From the NCBI RefSeq assembly GCF_006345805.1, contig NC_043006.1, positions 63,798,001-63,862,000 of the forward strand: a DNA stretch of 64,000 nt, in the 5' to 3' direction. Position numbers and translations under genes: made by a program. This stretch comes from Octopus sinensis. Its lineage: Eukaryota. The notes beneath the pieces were generated by a model, which was given only the letters and a program-made list of their open reading frames with translations, did not search any database and was not told the DNA's origin. Shown piece after piece: positions 36,594 to 49,969 of this stretch. The first letter of the stretch is position 1; each line of letters starts with the position of its first letter.

Positions 36594-38013
36594 CAAGCTT
36601 ATTAGCCTTGTGCCAAAATTTGAAACTCTTATCAATCAATAAATCACTGAAATTATCTGCTAATTAATCAGCCAGTGTTGGCATTTTTACATTCCCATAA
36701 CATTAGCACTTCAGCAAAAAGAGATTGATGCAGTAAATACCAGATTTAAAGAAAAATTAAGTTTGACTAAATCCTTCAAGGTGGTGCTACAGCATGACCA
36801 TAGTCCAATGACTGAAACAAAAAGTGAAAGAGAAAACTATACTCTGTGTGTGTGTGTTTTGTGCATATGTGTGTGGTTGTTTGTATCAATCTGTATATAT
36901 GTAAGTCACCAATTTAGGATGTGTGTGTATGTATATATGTCTGTTTGAGTTCAAGATATAGTGTTGTTTATATAAGTTTGGCCATGTTAATCTTTTGCCT
37001 TCGGTAAATCTATATTTTCAATAAATATGAATAAATATTATAAACAAGTCAAATAATGAAATATTGACTTGCGAAAACAATTAACTTCATTCTTTTTTAG
37101 TACGACAGTCTTAAGATTGTGTGTACGTGTGTGTGTGTGTACATGAGTGTCATCATTATCATCGTTTTACATCTGCTTTTCTTGCTGGCATAGGTTAAAT
37201 GGTTCAAGAGGACCCAATGAATCAGAGAGCCACATTCATGTTCCAGTTTTTCAGTCTTGGCTGGATGCCATTTCTAATACCAACCATTTTACAAGGTGTA
37301 CCAGGTACTGTTTATGTAACACCAACACTAGCAATGGGATCTTACACCTTACAGAGCTAAAGAACCTTCATGACTAAAAGGAGAATAGGACAGAGTGAAT
37401 CCGTGTGTATGTGTGTGTATACACAGGTGTGGCTGTGTGGTAAGAAGCTTGCTTCCCAACCACATAATTCTGGTTTCAGTCCCACTGTATGGTGCCTTGG
37501 GCAAGTGTCTTCTACTATAACCACAGGCTAGCCATAGTCTTGAGAATATATATATATAACCCTAACCTCTTCACCACACATCCCTGCCTATGTACACACA
37601 CACACACATCTGCAAAGGGGTCTTCTTTCTGTTCCTGTCTCCCAAGTCCTCTCGTAAGACACTTGGTGAAGGTGCCATGTCAAGGAACTGAACTTGAACC
37701 CAAGTGACTGGGAAGCAAGCTTCTCACACCACCATCATACCCTTGTATGTGTATGTGTGTGCACTCACATATACACGCACATGAAATATATAATCACAGC
37801 TGGACCTTGATTATCCAAAGGAGAGAGGTGTGGGGAAATATTTTATTTAAATAACTGATTGTTCACGATAACTCATCTGATCATATACAAAGGAAATCAT
37901 ACAAAACCTGATACGATAAAAAAAGCCATTTTTTTCTGAGTTTTTATGTCTTCAATCAATAACATCTCAAACTCATCTGTAAAACCTCAATTCTTTCTCA
38001 CCGCAGTCTAGAT

Positions 38014-38544
38014 CAGGGGTGGGGAAACTGCTGCCTGCAGGCAGAGTTGCACCTGCGAGCACATTTTATTGTGCCTGCAGGCCAATATGCTCATAGGTGC
38101 AAAATATAATAAATTTTTCATTTATAAAATTTATACAATATTCATATGCCTATTTGTTCCATAGGTCGTGTTTCCACTACGATTCAAAACAGTTAGACTC
38201 GAACAGAAATCGTCCTGTAATTGCCATTTGAATGAAAGTTTTGTTTTCTCTATAAAACACATATTGCTAGGTTTGTACCTCCCCCCTTAAGACCCAACTA
38301 CACTCTAGCTGAAAAATATAGAATACCTCATAAGTAATATAAACATCCTGAATTCAGTGGCAGCGTTAATGAAGATGTTACATGTTATTTTAATGTGTTA
38401 AACTTATCTTTATTAATGTATATCGAATTATACATAGATATATACAAGATTTACACAGATATAAGATTCAGAACTTGTGGTCTGCCTGTGAACCTTCTTC
38501 ATTAGAATTTTTTGGCCACCACACTAAAAAGTTTCCCACCCCTG
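38014..38544. mobile_element. hAT (Charlie-like) MITE
   Basis: TIR CAGGGGTGGGGAAACT / AGTTTCCCACCCCTG; flanks GTCTAGAT / GTCTACTT. Confidence 0.75.
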
Positions 38545-39365
38545 GTCTACTTTCCCCACTCCTTTGGCTCTACTCACCCTACTTCAACCTTGGTCTTGGT
38601 TTTCTTTTGTCCTTTACTTGCTTTGTGCATGAGACTGTGGCCATACTCTATTGCCAACCTGCTAAGTAACAAGGATGTAAACACACCAACACTGGTTGTC
38701 AAATGGTTGTGGGGACAAACTCAGACACAAAGACACATACACAAACACATACACACACATGCACAAACACACACATACACACAAATACAAACACATACAT
38801 GCAAGCACACACATACACACAAGTACAGCCACACATACACACACACACACACACACGTGTATACAACAGCCATCTTTCAGTTTCCATCTTCCAAATCCAC
38901 TCACAGGGCTTTGGTCAGCCTGGGGTTATAGTGGAAGACACTTGCCCAAGTGATAGTCATGATTTTCCTCGTAGTCCTTCAATTCCAACTTATATTCTGG
39001 GTCTGCCACTACACAATGAATGTACTCGGTCACCCCCTTCACTCCTTATACATCCACTTTTATAGCATTGTCCCTCAAGTCTATTTTGTCACATAGTTCT
39101 TTGTTTTCTCAATTGTACAATATAATGGTGCCACATTAGACTTGAACCTATTTATAAATTGTGTCTAGGTACAGTCTTGTTCATATTACATTCAGCATCT
39201 TGGGAAGAAGGAAACTAATACTGATTAGTTGGTAATTACCACTGAAACTGTTTAAATCCTTGTCTTAAAAGATCCTTGGTAGGGCTTCATTTTAGTGGAA
39301 CTAAATACATACTTTCTGTTTATCTCTACTCTTATCATCACCTTTAACTTGTTATTCTTGCACAG

Positions 39366-39486
39366 GTTGAATATTCCTACCCACCTCTGATTGAAGGTAA
39401 CTCAGTGGACAGTCATGAACTACCCGATGAGTGGCGCCACCTACCATCTCTTGCTCTCCCTGATGGAGCACACAATTATACTAAAG
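39366..39486 (+). CDS. AVL9: AVL9 exon 2
   Basis: VEYSYPPLIEGNSVDSHELPDEWRHLPSLALPDGAHNYTK; CACAG acceptor, G|GTAAG donor. Confidence 0.95.
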
Positions 39487-39769
39487 GTAAGAACAGTTGT
39501 TTACTCTCTTTATCTCTGTTTGTGTGTGTGTGTGAGCATGTTATGTATATGTATGTCTATATGTTAGCATATTTGTCTGTATATACAAGCATACTTGTGT
39601 GTGTGTATGTGTTTGCATATGAATATGAAAACCTATGTCATCTGTGCACATCTGTCTACTGTATACTTATATTTTGGCGTTTGTGTTTGCATGCACTTGT
39701 GAAATTTTAATTTTGTGATAATGTATAGTGTGGTATCATGAGGGAAGGATGATAACCTCCACTTCATCC

Positions 39770-39900
39770 CATAGTAGAGGGAGACCCAGGAAAACATGGG
39801 ATGAGGTGGTGAAGCATGACTTTTGAACATTAGGCCTCACAGAGGCAATGGCAAAAGACCGAGACCGCTGGAGATATGCTGTGACTGAGAAGGCCCAGCA
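39770..39900 (+). mobile_element. RTE-clade LINE 3' end fragment
   Basis: GRPRKTWDEVVKHD..TLGLTEAMAKDRDRWRYAV, typical RTE C-terminus. Confidence 0.7.
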
Positions 39901-40504
39901 AATAAAGTGAGTTCACAGCTGTAACCTACACCAGAAAACTCCAATCCCTTCTTCTATTGTTATTTCTGTTCTAGACTCACACTTCCTTCCTCCACCTTCA
40001 CCTCCAACTGATATTTCCAATTGGCTATACCTTCACCTGTGTTCACCCCCTCACTGCATTTCTCTCTAATCCAACTGTCACTTGCTTAACACACCCCTAT
40101 GAACTCACTTACTTCACTTTTATTCACTTTCCTCAGACTTGAGGGTATGGTCTGACACCTCTTGACCATCACCCCCTTTTTCTTCCATCTCTGGTAAACA
40201 TGTATCTCCCCTACATCAAGTCACCAGCTTCTTTCCCTCTGTCATGTGGCTGGGTGGTAAGAAGTTTACTTCCCAACCACATGGTTCCAGGTTCAGTCCC
40301 ACTGCATGGTACCTTGGCCAAGTGTCTTCTACTATAGCCTTGGGCTGACCAAATCCTTGATGGTAGATTTGGCAGACAAACTGAAAGAAATCCATCGTAT
40401 ATATGTTTGTGTGTGTGTGTGTCTTTCTGCCTTTGTTTGTCCCCCCCACCCATTGACAACTGGTGTTGGTGTATTTGCATTCCCATAACTTAGCAGATCA
40501 GGGT

Positions 40505-41270
40505 CTAATCCATACTTATTACAAAGTGTCCAATGGACAATCCTTGCTATATTGTTATGACATCTCTTATATTCTTTCTGGACTAGTGGCGTACATTGAC
40601 TGGTAATATGCCATACAGTTTCACTATTTTGTCCACAAATTCTGCACTTATCACTTTCTGATGTGTTGTCTATTCTGTATTTAATCTAATTGGTTCTTAA
40701 TGCTTGCTCTTGGGCAGCACAGATTAGAACCTCCGTTTCCAGTTTTAAATCACTTTTAGTCATCCATAGCGATCTTTTTTTCTCTGTCTGTCTTATTTTC
40801 AACATCCTTATGAAATTGTTCATGTATTCTTTTCTTTATCCACCTATTTTCAGTTTCATTCATTCTCAAGTGCTTGTACAGTGTTTTATCTTTGCAATCT
40901 TCCTTCCTACACAAGCCTGATCTTCTTACTTCCAATAATAGCAGTTCTGTGGCATTTTTTACATACCATGCTATGTTGTTTTCTTCTGCTCTAATGCTGT
41001 GTTCACATCCTATCAGCCCTCTTCCCCCTCTTTTCCTTGGTACATACAGTCTGTCAGTGTCATTTTTTGGGGTGGAGTATCCCATATCTAGTCAGCAACT
41101 TCCTTGCCTTTCTGTCCAAGCTGTTTAGTTTGTCTACTGTCCATGCGATTAACCCTGCTCATTATCTAAGGAGTGAAACCGCCCAGGTGTTGATAACTTC
41201 AATCTTATTCCATCTGTTTAATTTCGACTTAAGGATCAGTCTCAGTCTGCACAAGTACTCCACCTTAAAT
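40505..41270 (-). mobile_element. R4/Dong-like RLE LINE fragment (post-RT region and zinc knuckle)
   Basis: DTDRLYVPRKRGGRGL, then (frameshift, stop) ETEVLICAAQEQALRTN and KCRICG...ETVWHITSQC...HNNIARIVHW; abuts (TAA)n. Confidence 0.8.
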
Positions 41271-41431
41271 TATTATTATTATTATTATATGTTTAACTTT
41301 TGCTTTACATTTCAACAAGTTGGCTCCAAGTCTCACCCAGAGACCGCAAGAGACAACAAGTTAGAAGTTATAATAATGGCCTAGAGTGCCATTATTATTA
41401 TTATTATTTTATTATTATTTTTTTTTTCCAG

Positions 41432-41517
41432 ATACCATATTCTTTCATCTCCCATCCAGAGATGGTGAATACAGTACTGTATATGGTGTGTCTTGCTACC
41501 AGCAGATGGACTCAAAG
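41432..41517 (+). CDS. AVL9: AVL9 exon 3
   Basis: (D)TIFFHLPSRDGEYSTVYGVSCYQQMDSK; phase consistent, AG/GT boundaries. Confidence 0.95.
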
Positions 41518-42048
41518 GTCAGTTATTATTAAATATGGAGTTTTATTATTACAACTACTACTACCACATTGACAATGACAACAACAGATACTACTACTAC
41601 TACAACAACAACTACTGCTAGTATCACTAATAGTAGTTATTGTTGCTGCAGTAGTAGTACACTACTGCTACTACTATGTCAGCTACCACCACCACCACTA
41701 CTACTATTACTACTACTACTACTGGGATTTGAACTCAAAACTTAAAGACTTGAAACAAAAACTCCAAAGTACTTCTATGATGTTCTAGATTCTGCCAAGC
41801 TATTGCCATTGAAATAAGGATAATAATAACAATAATAATGGTTTTGGATTTTGAGACAAGGCCTGTAATGTTGGGGAAGAGAGTAAGTCAATTACATTAA
41901 CCCACGAAAGGTTGACCCCCCCCCCCCCCAAGTCAGCCTTGGCTGAATTTGAACTCAGAACATAAAGCTGGAAGAAATGCCACTAAGCATTTTGTCCAGC
42001 ATGCTAATGAGTCTGCCATCTTACCACTTTAACAAATGATTAACTTAA

Positions 42049-42512
42049 CCCTTTCATTACCAACCCGGCTGAAACCAGCTCTAGCTCTGTAGTACAAATG
42101 TCTTGTTTTCATAAGTTCTGAATTAAAATCTTCCACTAAATCTTAGTCACAATTTATGTTCCTAACACTAGCTTAATGATAACTAAGTTATTTTACGAAA
42201 TTCTTTGTTCTATTTAAAATTAATTGAAAGAGACCCAGAGCATCTCAACAGAAATATGGTAACAAAAGGGTTAACAAATGATTAATTTAACCCTTTCGAT
42301 ACCAACCCAGCTGTAACTGCGTCTGGCTCTGTAGTACAAATGTCTCGTTTTCATATGTTCTGAATTAAAATTTTCCATCAAACCTTAATCACAATTTATG
42401 TTCCTAACACCAACTTAATGATAACTAAGTTATTTTACTAAATTCTTTGTTATATTTAAAATTAATTGAAAGAAACACAGAATATCTCAACAGAAATATG
42501 GTAACAAAAGGG
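42049..42512. mobile_element. Two tandem 222-bp piggyBac-like MITEs
   Basis: TTAA|CCCTTT...AAAGGG|TTAA at 42049-42270 and 42291-42512. Confidence 0.85.
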
Positions 42513-42924
42513 TTAACACATTTGCAGCCCCATGGTACTGGGTTCAGTTCCACAGTGCAGCATCTTGGGCAACTGTCTTGTATTATAGCCTCAGACCAAC
42601 CAATGCCTTTTGGCTTTTTGATTGACAGAAACTGAAAGGAGACTATCATATATATGTGTGTGTGTTTGTATGTGTCATTGAGTTGTGTGTTTGTCCCCTC
42701 CACCATCAGTTGACAACCTGTGTTAGTTCGTTTGCATCCTTGTTTGACGAAAGAGAATGATAAGAATAAGTACCAGATTTGAAAACTAAGTACTGGGGTG
42801 CCCCAGCATGGCCACTCTCCAGTGACTGAAACAAGTAAAAGACAAAGATATGTTGTATAATTATAATCAGTTGTGATGACAGCAGTTGCATGTTCTAATC
42901 CCATGTGTGTCTCTGTCTTTCTAG

Positions 42925-42996
42925 GACCTGATCACCAGATCGAAGGAAGTCACCAGAAACACTGTACAGAAAAGCGTGTGTGTTCTTAGCAAACTG
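42925..42996 (+). CDS. AVL9: AVL9 exon 4
   Basis: DLITRSKEVTRNTVQKSVCVLSKL; CTAG acceptor, GTAAGT donor. Confidence 0.95.
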
Positions 42997-43457
42997 GTAA
43001 GTCATTGAAGCAGAAAGACAGACAGAAATTTATAATTCACTAAATTAATATAAAAAGTATGCATACAGACTTTCAAGTTGGGTATGGGTGGGGTCTGCAT
43101 TATTAAAATGGATTCATCATTAACCTTCTGATTTGTGCAAAACAAAATTAAAATAAACGAGGCATTCAGTGAGCATAAACCTCTGCCAAGGCAACACCGT
43201 CCTCTCAACGATTAGCCAGAGATTATTTTAAAAATGAGAATATCTGAAATTAACTCAACTGCGCTCACAAACGAGAATACTAAAAATTAACCCGACTGCT
43301 CTCAAAAATTAAGTAAAAAAAAACAGGAAAAATAATCCAGAATCCTTGTCCGGTACCGACCAGATCGATCCCAAAATCTAATCAGTTCATGCCAGTCATG
43401 AAGCCAAACATCCCTGAAGGTTTTATCTGAATCCATCCATACATACATACATATATA

Positions 43458-43491
<34 letters not shown>

Positions 43492-43539
43492 GGATCAGAA
43501 TCGAAATCGATCAATGGAAATTGCAGATGTGTTACCAGT

Positions 43540-43855
43540 GCCGGTGGCATGTAAGAGAACCTTCCATTTCGCGACCGTTGCCAGCGTCGCCCCGACTGGC
43601 CTCATGCCGGTGGCACGTAAAAAGCACCATCCGTTCGTGGCCGTTTGCCAGCTCTGTCTGGCACCTGTGTGGGTGGCACGTAAAAAGCACCCACTACACT
43701 CACGGAGTGGTTGGCGTTAGGAAGGGCATCCAGCCGTAGAAACACTGCCAGATTTGACTGGGCCTGATGAAGCCTTCTGGCTTCACAGACCCCAGTAGAA
43801 CCGTCCAACCCATGCTAGCATGGAAAACGGACGCTAAACGATGATGATGATGATG
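43540..43855 (-). mobile_element. Repeat family 3 (representative SINE-like copy)
   Basis: (CAT)n-CGTTTA..GTCCGTTTTCCATGCTAGCATGGGTTGG...GATGCCCTTCCTAACGCCAACCAC. Also at about 35905-36220(+), 48050-48385(-), 58855-59160(+), 62190-62770(-), 63060-63285(+). Confidence 0.8.
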
Positions 43856-44802
43856 ATAAACACATACATACATACATACATACGAGGTGTGCCAAAAAGT
43901 TCCTGGTTTTGGATAAAAGAAAATAGAGGAGAATCAGTTAATTATAATTTTATTCAGCATATTCCCTTCTCAGATTCACACTTATTGCAGGGGTCCTTCG
44001 TTTTTAATCTAAGCCCTATAAAAGAACTCGGAAGGTTGGGCCTCCAACCAGACCTTTTGTGATACCCTTAAAGCCTAGAATTTTCCAGCACGTTCTTGTC
44101 TATCTTTTGTCCTCTCATCATCTACAGTGTCTACTTCCCAAACTCTGCATTATAAACATTGTTCTCCAATCCTTCTTTTTAAAGCCTACCTCCCATTGAA
44201 AGTCCCACTTTCAGAACTTGGCCGAATTTTTGCCCCTACAGATATCAAATATTCAAGCAAAACCTCTCATGTCTCCAGTCTAGGATTGGTCAGCAAATGT
44301 CTTGGATATCATTCTCCTCCTTCCTTTCTGGCTAACTTATTTCTAAAAATGACAGCAGTGGTGATGAGGAGGAGGATGTTGAATTTGATGATAATGATGA
44401 GGACAAAGGAGAAGGATACTGGTAAATTCGATCATGGTGTTGAATTTAATGCTTATGGTACTGCATGGCCGAGTGGTTTTGGGCATTGCACTAATGATCA
44501 TGCTTTTGTGGTTTTGCTTTCCAGGCTGGTTGTGCATTGTGTCCTTGAGCAAAACACTTCATTTCACATTGCTGTCATTCATTCAATGCTAAATGAATAG
44601 CCCTGCTGTGGCCAGGCACCTCATTTAGGGGAAAAGGTGGTGATCTCAGCCATAGAAACAGGATAATTGACTTGATGAGTCAGGACTTGGGACTAATATC
44701 CAGGGTTTGGTGATGTGGATGAGTGTGTTAATGCAGCTAATGATGAAGATGATGAAAATGAAGATAATATGCTTATTTGTCTCCTTTTTCTCCTTTCTCT
44801 AG

Positions 44803-44959
44803 CCCTTTTATGGATTAATCCAGACCAAACTGGAATTAATTACTCATGCCTACTTTGATGAGAGAGACTTCAGTAAAGTGGAACTGCTCATTGACACATA
44901 CCGCAACCTCAGTACATTGCTGACAGACAGCCAGACTGACAGCACCAAAATCTACCTCG
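44803..44959 (+). CDS. AVL9: AVL9 exon 5
   Basis: PFYGLIQTKLELITHAYFDERDFSKVELL...STKIYL; polypyrimidine tract plus AG, GTGAG donor. Confidence 0.95.
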
Positions 44960-46780
44960 GTGAGCATACCTTCCTGTTGTTGTTGTTGTTGTGATCATTG
45001 TTATTGTTGTCTAGGTTCGTTAAGGTGTCTATGAGTGGTCTTTTTCCAGAGGCAATTCAGTGACATGCCAACCCATAACTGGGACCCTGACAGGTAAGAA
45101 TAGACCTGGAAACTAGTGATTAAGAGGTTCCACTCTTCTTAAAACCCTGAACTCCTGAACTAGGACCTCACTACTAGATGCAATTTAAGGTCATACACCA
45201 GACATTCTTCTCTACAGTGTCCAAACCTGGACTGTGGAAGAAGGAATTTCAAGATCACTTTGATGTCATATATATCGGACTTCTCATAAAATCTCCAAAC
45301 ATCTCTCAGTGTGAGCACAAGAACAATAAAGAGATTTATGAACATATCCCACCCATCTCTACTTTTATTGCTGTACAAAATTGGCTTTTTAGGTGCCTAC
45401 TATCAAGCTGAACACCAAGCTATACCAGAGGCTCAACATTACTCATGTTATTGGCAGACACACACAACATTAAATTGAGGACTTACCAAAGATAATGAGG
45501 GACAGAGATTCTGGATGTGATGAGGAGAAACACCTCTCAATTGCAGCTGCACGAATCAGAGACATTGTTGAGAGACAATTAACTGTTATATTTAGCAGGC
45601 CACCTGACAAACTAGAGGTTCCCTTGATAATTCATGAGGTCCCTATTTTAAGGACACAAAAAAAGTTGTTAAGAGAGACATAACTTACATTTAGCAGGTC
45701 ACATGACCACTTAAGGCATCCATGATTGCTAATGAGGTCCCTATGTTAAATACAAAGAGAGATTTGACTGCTGAATTTATCAAGTCACAACTTAGATGTT
45801 CCCAAACTCCATAAGGCAGCATTTTAAAGGTAGAAGTGAAGAAAGATTGAGCTGGTTCAGAAAATAAATCCTTATTCCCCATCACTCATTCAGTCACCAT
45901 CTTCCAAAATATATGGGTATTCTTTTATTGGTTTCAGTCATTTGACTGCGGTCATATTGGAGCACCGCCTTTAGTCAAACAAATCGACCCCAGGACTTAT
46001 TCTTTGTAAGCCTAGTACTTATTCTATCGGTCTCTTTTGCCAAACAGCTAATTTACGGGGGACATAAATACACCAACATCAGTTGTCAAGCAATGGTGGG
46101 GGAACAAACACTGACACACACACATATACAATGGGCTTCTTTTAGTTACTGTCTACCAAATCCAATCACAAGGCTTTGGTCAGCCTCACACTATAGTAGA
46201 AGACACTTGCCCAAGGTGCCACGCAGTGGGACTGAACCCAGAACCATGTGGTTGGGAAGCAAACTTCTTACCACACAGCCATACGTTTACATTCTTTTAT
46301 TAAGTTGTCAGTTAAATTCGTTCCCCCCTACCCCCGACACACACACATTTGCTTGAATCCTTTTCAGTGTTATTTGACTTAACGTGAAAAATATTTTTAT
46401 TGTAGTGTTTTATGATTTTTTTCTTGCTCTATTATTCTTCTACATCATCATCATCATCATCGTTGTTGTCGTCATCATCATAAATCAGTTTTCCATACTG
46501 ACATGGATTAGATGGCTTGGTAGTTGCTGGCAAAGCTGGGAGCCATACCTGTCTCCAATTGTCTGTGTTTGGCATGGTTTCTAAAGCTGGATGCCTTTCC
46601 TGCTGCCAACCACTTTACAAAGTGTACTGAGCGCTCTTTTACTTGAAACCAGTATCATAGAGGTCGCCAGGTAATTTACAAGACATGACCCCACACCTTG
46701 GGAATGTGAGTAGTATTGAGGAACAGAAAAAGGAAATTACTGTCTTTTAAATATCACAACGTAAGATATTCAGCAACAAT

Positions 46781-47083
46781 TGTTTGTTCCTTCTCAAGCC
46801 ACACCTGGCTCATAAGAGCCGGTTTCCCGGTTTCCTTGACATATAGGTTCTCCACCTGGACGGGACACTGGTCTGACGCAGGTGAGCTGCAAGATGCAGG
46901 AGGAAAGAGTAAGAGAAAGTTGTGGCGAAAGAGTCAGCAGAAGTTCGCCATTACCTTCTGCTGGAGCCGCGTGGAGCTTAGGTGTTTTGCTCATAAAAAC
47001 ACACATCATCCAATCTGAGATTCAAACCTGCGATTCCTCAACTGCAAGTTCGCTGCTCTAACCACTAGGCCATGTGCCTCCAC
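46781..47083 (-). mobile_element. tRNA-derived SINE, family 4, with 13-bp TSD
   Basis: tRNA-like head GTGGAGGCACATGGCCTAGTGGTTAGAGC; TSD ATTCAGCAACAAT. Related copies at about 57845-58160(-), 60010-60260(+), 44455-44600(+), 63340-63460(+). Confidence 0.8.
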
Positions 47084-47562
47084 ATTCAGCAACAATACTT
47101 TGTAGTAAAGATTGTTTGCCAACATAACAAGGAAATCTAGCTAGATTCCCTTGTTCAAAAATATAAGGACACGGATGGTGTCGTATAGCCAGCTGGAAAC
47201 AATGTCTCCTGGGGCAAAATTACAGCAACATTAGTCCTAAACCAGGACTACCATGTTATGTTGGCAAACAATCTTTATTACAGAAAAAGGAGTTTTGCTT
47301 TAGATTGGAAACATGGCTGCCTCAGGAGGGAGAGAGAGTGTTGGTTATCGTTTTGGAAATTTGATTAAATTTTACCTCTTTTTCGGCATATGACAATGGG
47401 ATGCCATGTAGAAAAAGCGAAAGCAAATGACACCATCTGACAATCCAAAATCTTTGATGCCGTTCTTGTTACTATGATTATTGTTGTTGTCATTGTTATT
47501 GATGTTGTCACCATTATGTTGTAGTTGTCATTACTAAAACCTCCCTTCTACATTGCTTTCAG

Positions 47563-47642
47563 GTCTTCCTGCTCGGGACCTCGTTATACTTTATCGTCAC
47601 AAGATCCTCATTTTATTTAAACTCCTTCTTCTGGAACGACGG
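47563..47642 (+). CDS. AVL9: AVL9 exon 6
   Basis: (G)LPARDLVILYRHKILILFKLLLLERR; TTTCAG acceptor, GTAAG donor. Confidence 0.95.
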
Positions 47643-48386
47643 GTAAGATGATGATGATGATAATGATGATGATGGTGGTGGTGATGATAGGGATTTTTAT
47701 TAATGGAAACAAGGTACAAGCTAAAAGTACCGTTTTGGATAAGTTTGCTGTCTTTTTATCATCAGGTGAGCTGGCAGAATCGTTAAGCACATCGGACAAA
47801 ATGCTTAGCAGCATTTCTTCTGGCTCTTTGTGTCTTGAGTTCAAATCCTGCTGAGGTCAACTTTGCCTTTTATCCTTTGCGGGTTGATACAGTACCAGTC
47901 ATATACTGGGGTTTGATGTAATTGACTTCTTTCAAAATTGCTGGCCTAACAACGAACCAGCATCCCATTTAGAGTGACCATTGTGATCTTAGTCACTTAT
48001 GAAAAGTGGGTAACCAGCCTTATAAGTCCTAGGATTAAAGGAATGTTGCCAGAGTGGCTAGGTGGCTTCCGTGCTGGTGGCACATAAAAGGCACCATTCG
48101 AGCATGATTGTTACCAGCATTGCCTTACTGGCACTTGTGCCAGTGGAACATGAAAAACATTCGGGCAAGGTCATTGCCAGTACCGCCTGACTGGCCCTTG
48201 TGCCAGTGGCACATAAAAGCACTCACCACACTCTCGGAGTGGTTGGCGTTAGGAAGGGCATCCAGCTGTAGAAACTCTGCCAGATCAAGATTGGAGCCTG
48301 GTGCAGCCATCTGGTTCGCCAGTCCTCAGTCAAATCATCCAACCCATGCTAGCATGGAAAGCAGACGTTAAACGATGATGATGATG

Positions 48387-48421
<35 letters not shown>

Positions 48422-49356
48422 AGAAAAAATAAATTCAAAAAGAACAAATCAACCTTTTGAGAGATCCAAAAAGAGAGAAACAATGATTTCTAATAAAGAT
48501 TCATCATATTCATAAAAAAAACAGCCAGAGCAAGTAATAAGAATATGAAAATAATAGTTGAAAGATATCATTATAGGTATAAATATACCATAAACAAGTA
48601 TATAAAAATCGAGGAGAAAAAGATGTTGAATCAGAATTAGATTTAATACAAAATTGGATTCAATACATGCACACATTTCAAAACACAATACAAATATGCA
48701 AGAAAAAATTATAATCATAATAATTATAATTAAATTTATGCATTGTCATTCTCATCAGTGTGAGGAATTTTTGAAAGGACATCAAAAAAAGGTTTAATAA
48801 AATAAAATAAAAATGTGACACAATAAGGGAGAATAAAGATGGGGTAATAGGGAAAAATCAGATATTTACAAACAAGTTGTAAAAGGGGAAAAAAATAACA
48901 GTGAATTGTGCATGTGTATTGAATCCAATTTTGTATTAAATCTAATTCTGATTCAACATATTTTTCTCCTCCATTTTTTTATACTTGATTATGGTATATT
49001 TATACCTATAACGATATCTTTCAACTATATATATATAGTTTCTATTTTCTTTTTGAAACATATTTCTATTATATATATATGTATGTATAATGTAAATAGA
49101 CATACATGAACCTCATATGGCACATCCTAATTTGTTTAATCAGTTATTCACTGAGAGTGCTCCATAACCAAGTGGAAAATAGTTGGAGCTATGACCAATA
49201 TTTGTTTGAAATAAACAAACTAAAAATGATTAATTTTCAATATACTTGCATAAAGAAAATTTGTATATATTTATCATATAACCTAACAGGATCTCTGTTC
49301 ATGTGTCCCCTTCATCATCATTTAATGTCCCCTTTTCATACTGCCATATATTAGAT

Positions 49357-49969
49357 CAGGGGTCACCAAAGAGAGTCTGAGGGACTCCCTAGGGGTCGGC
49401 GAGGAGTTACAGGGGATCAATGATAGCTAAGGGGTCAGTGTGTGAAAGACCAGCTCACCCAGATGAACTGCCTGAAATTCCTAGTCAGCACCATGCTCAT
49501 CCCTCTCGCTGATGTTGTCAATTTTAATAAAAGATATTCCAGCAATATGATGTGTTTCTTCACATTTTCTAACTGTGAAAACAATTTCATAAAAAAAGTT
49601 TAATGCTGTATACTCATATTCGTAGTTTTATATGTAAAAAGTGTGTCATCTTCAATAGAATTTCTTAATTTGCCGAACATGTATATTTTAGCTAATATTT
49701 TAATTGCCAGCATTAGTACCTGGTACGCATTTAAGATATGGTATGGTAGGGTAGAGTATTAAGATATTTTAAATGAGGAGGGTGGTCGATGCGGAAGGAA
49801 AAGTGGCTAAGGGGGGCAATGTGGAAGGAGAAGTGGCTAAAGGAGGGGCGATGTGGAAGAAGTGGCTAAAGGGGGTTGATGCAGAAGAACAAGTGGCTAA
49901 AGGGGGGCAATGTGGAAGAAGTGGCTAAAGGGGTGAGGGTCGATGATCGAAAAAGTTTGGCGATCCCTG
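49357..49969. mobile_element. hAT MITE containing a ~30-bp minisatellite
   Basis: TIR CAGGGGTCACCAAA / TTTGGCGATCCCTG, TSD TATTAGAT / TGTTAGAT; five GATGTGGAAG..AAGTGGCTAAAGGG units at ~49785-49945. Confidence 0.8.

Noticed and set aside
43774-43800. Hammerhead-like CTGATGA-AGCC-TTCT-GGCT
   Set aside because: Not followed by GAAA; it is a mutated stretch of repeat family 3.
47030-47083. Additional tRNA gene
   Set aside because: tRNA-like SINE head within a TSD-flanked element; no complete cloverleaf. The same applies to the other SINE heads.
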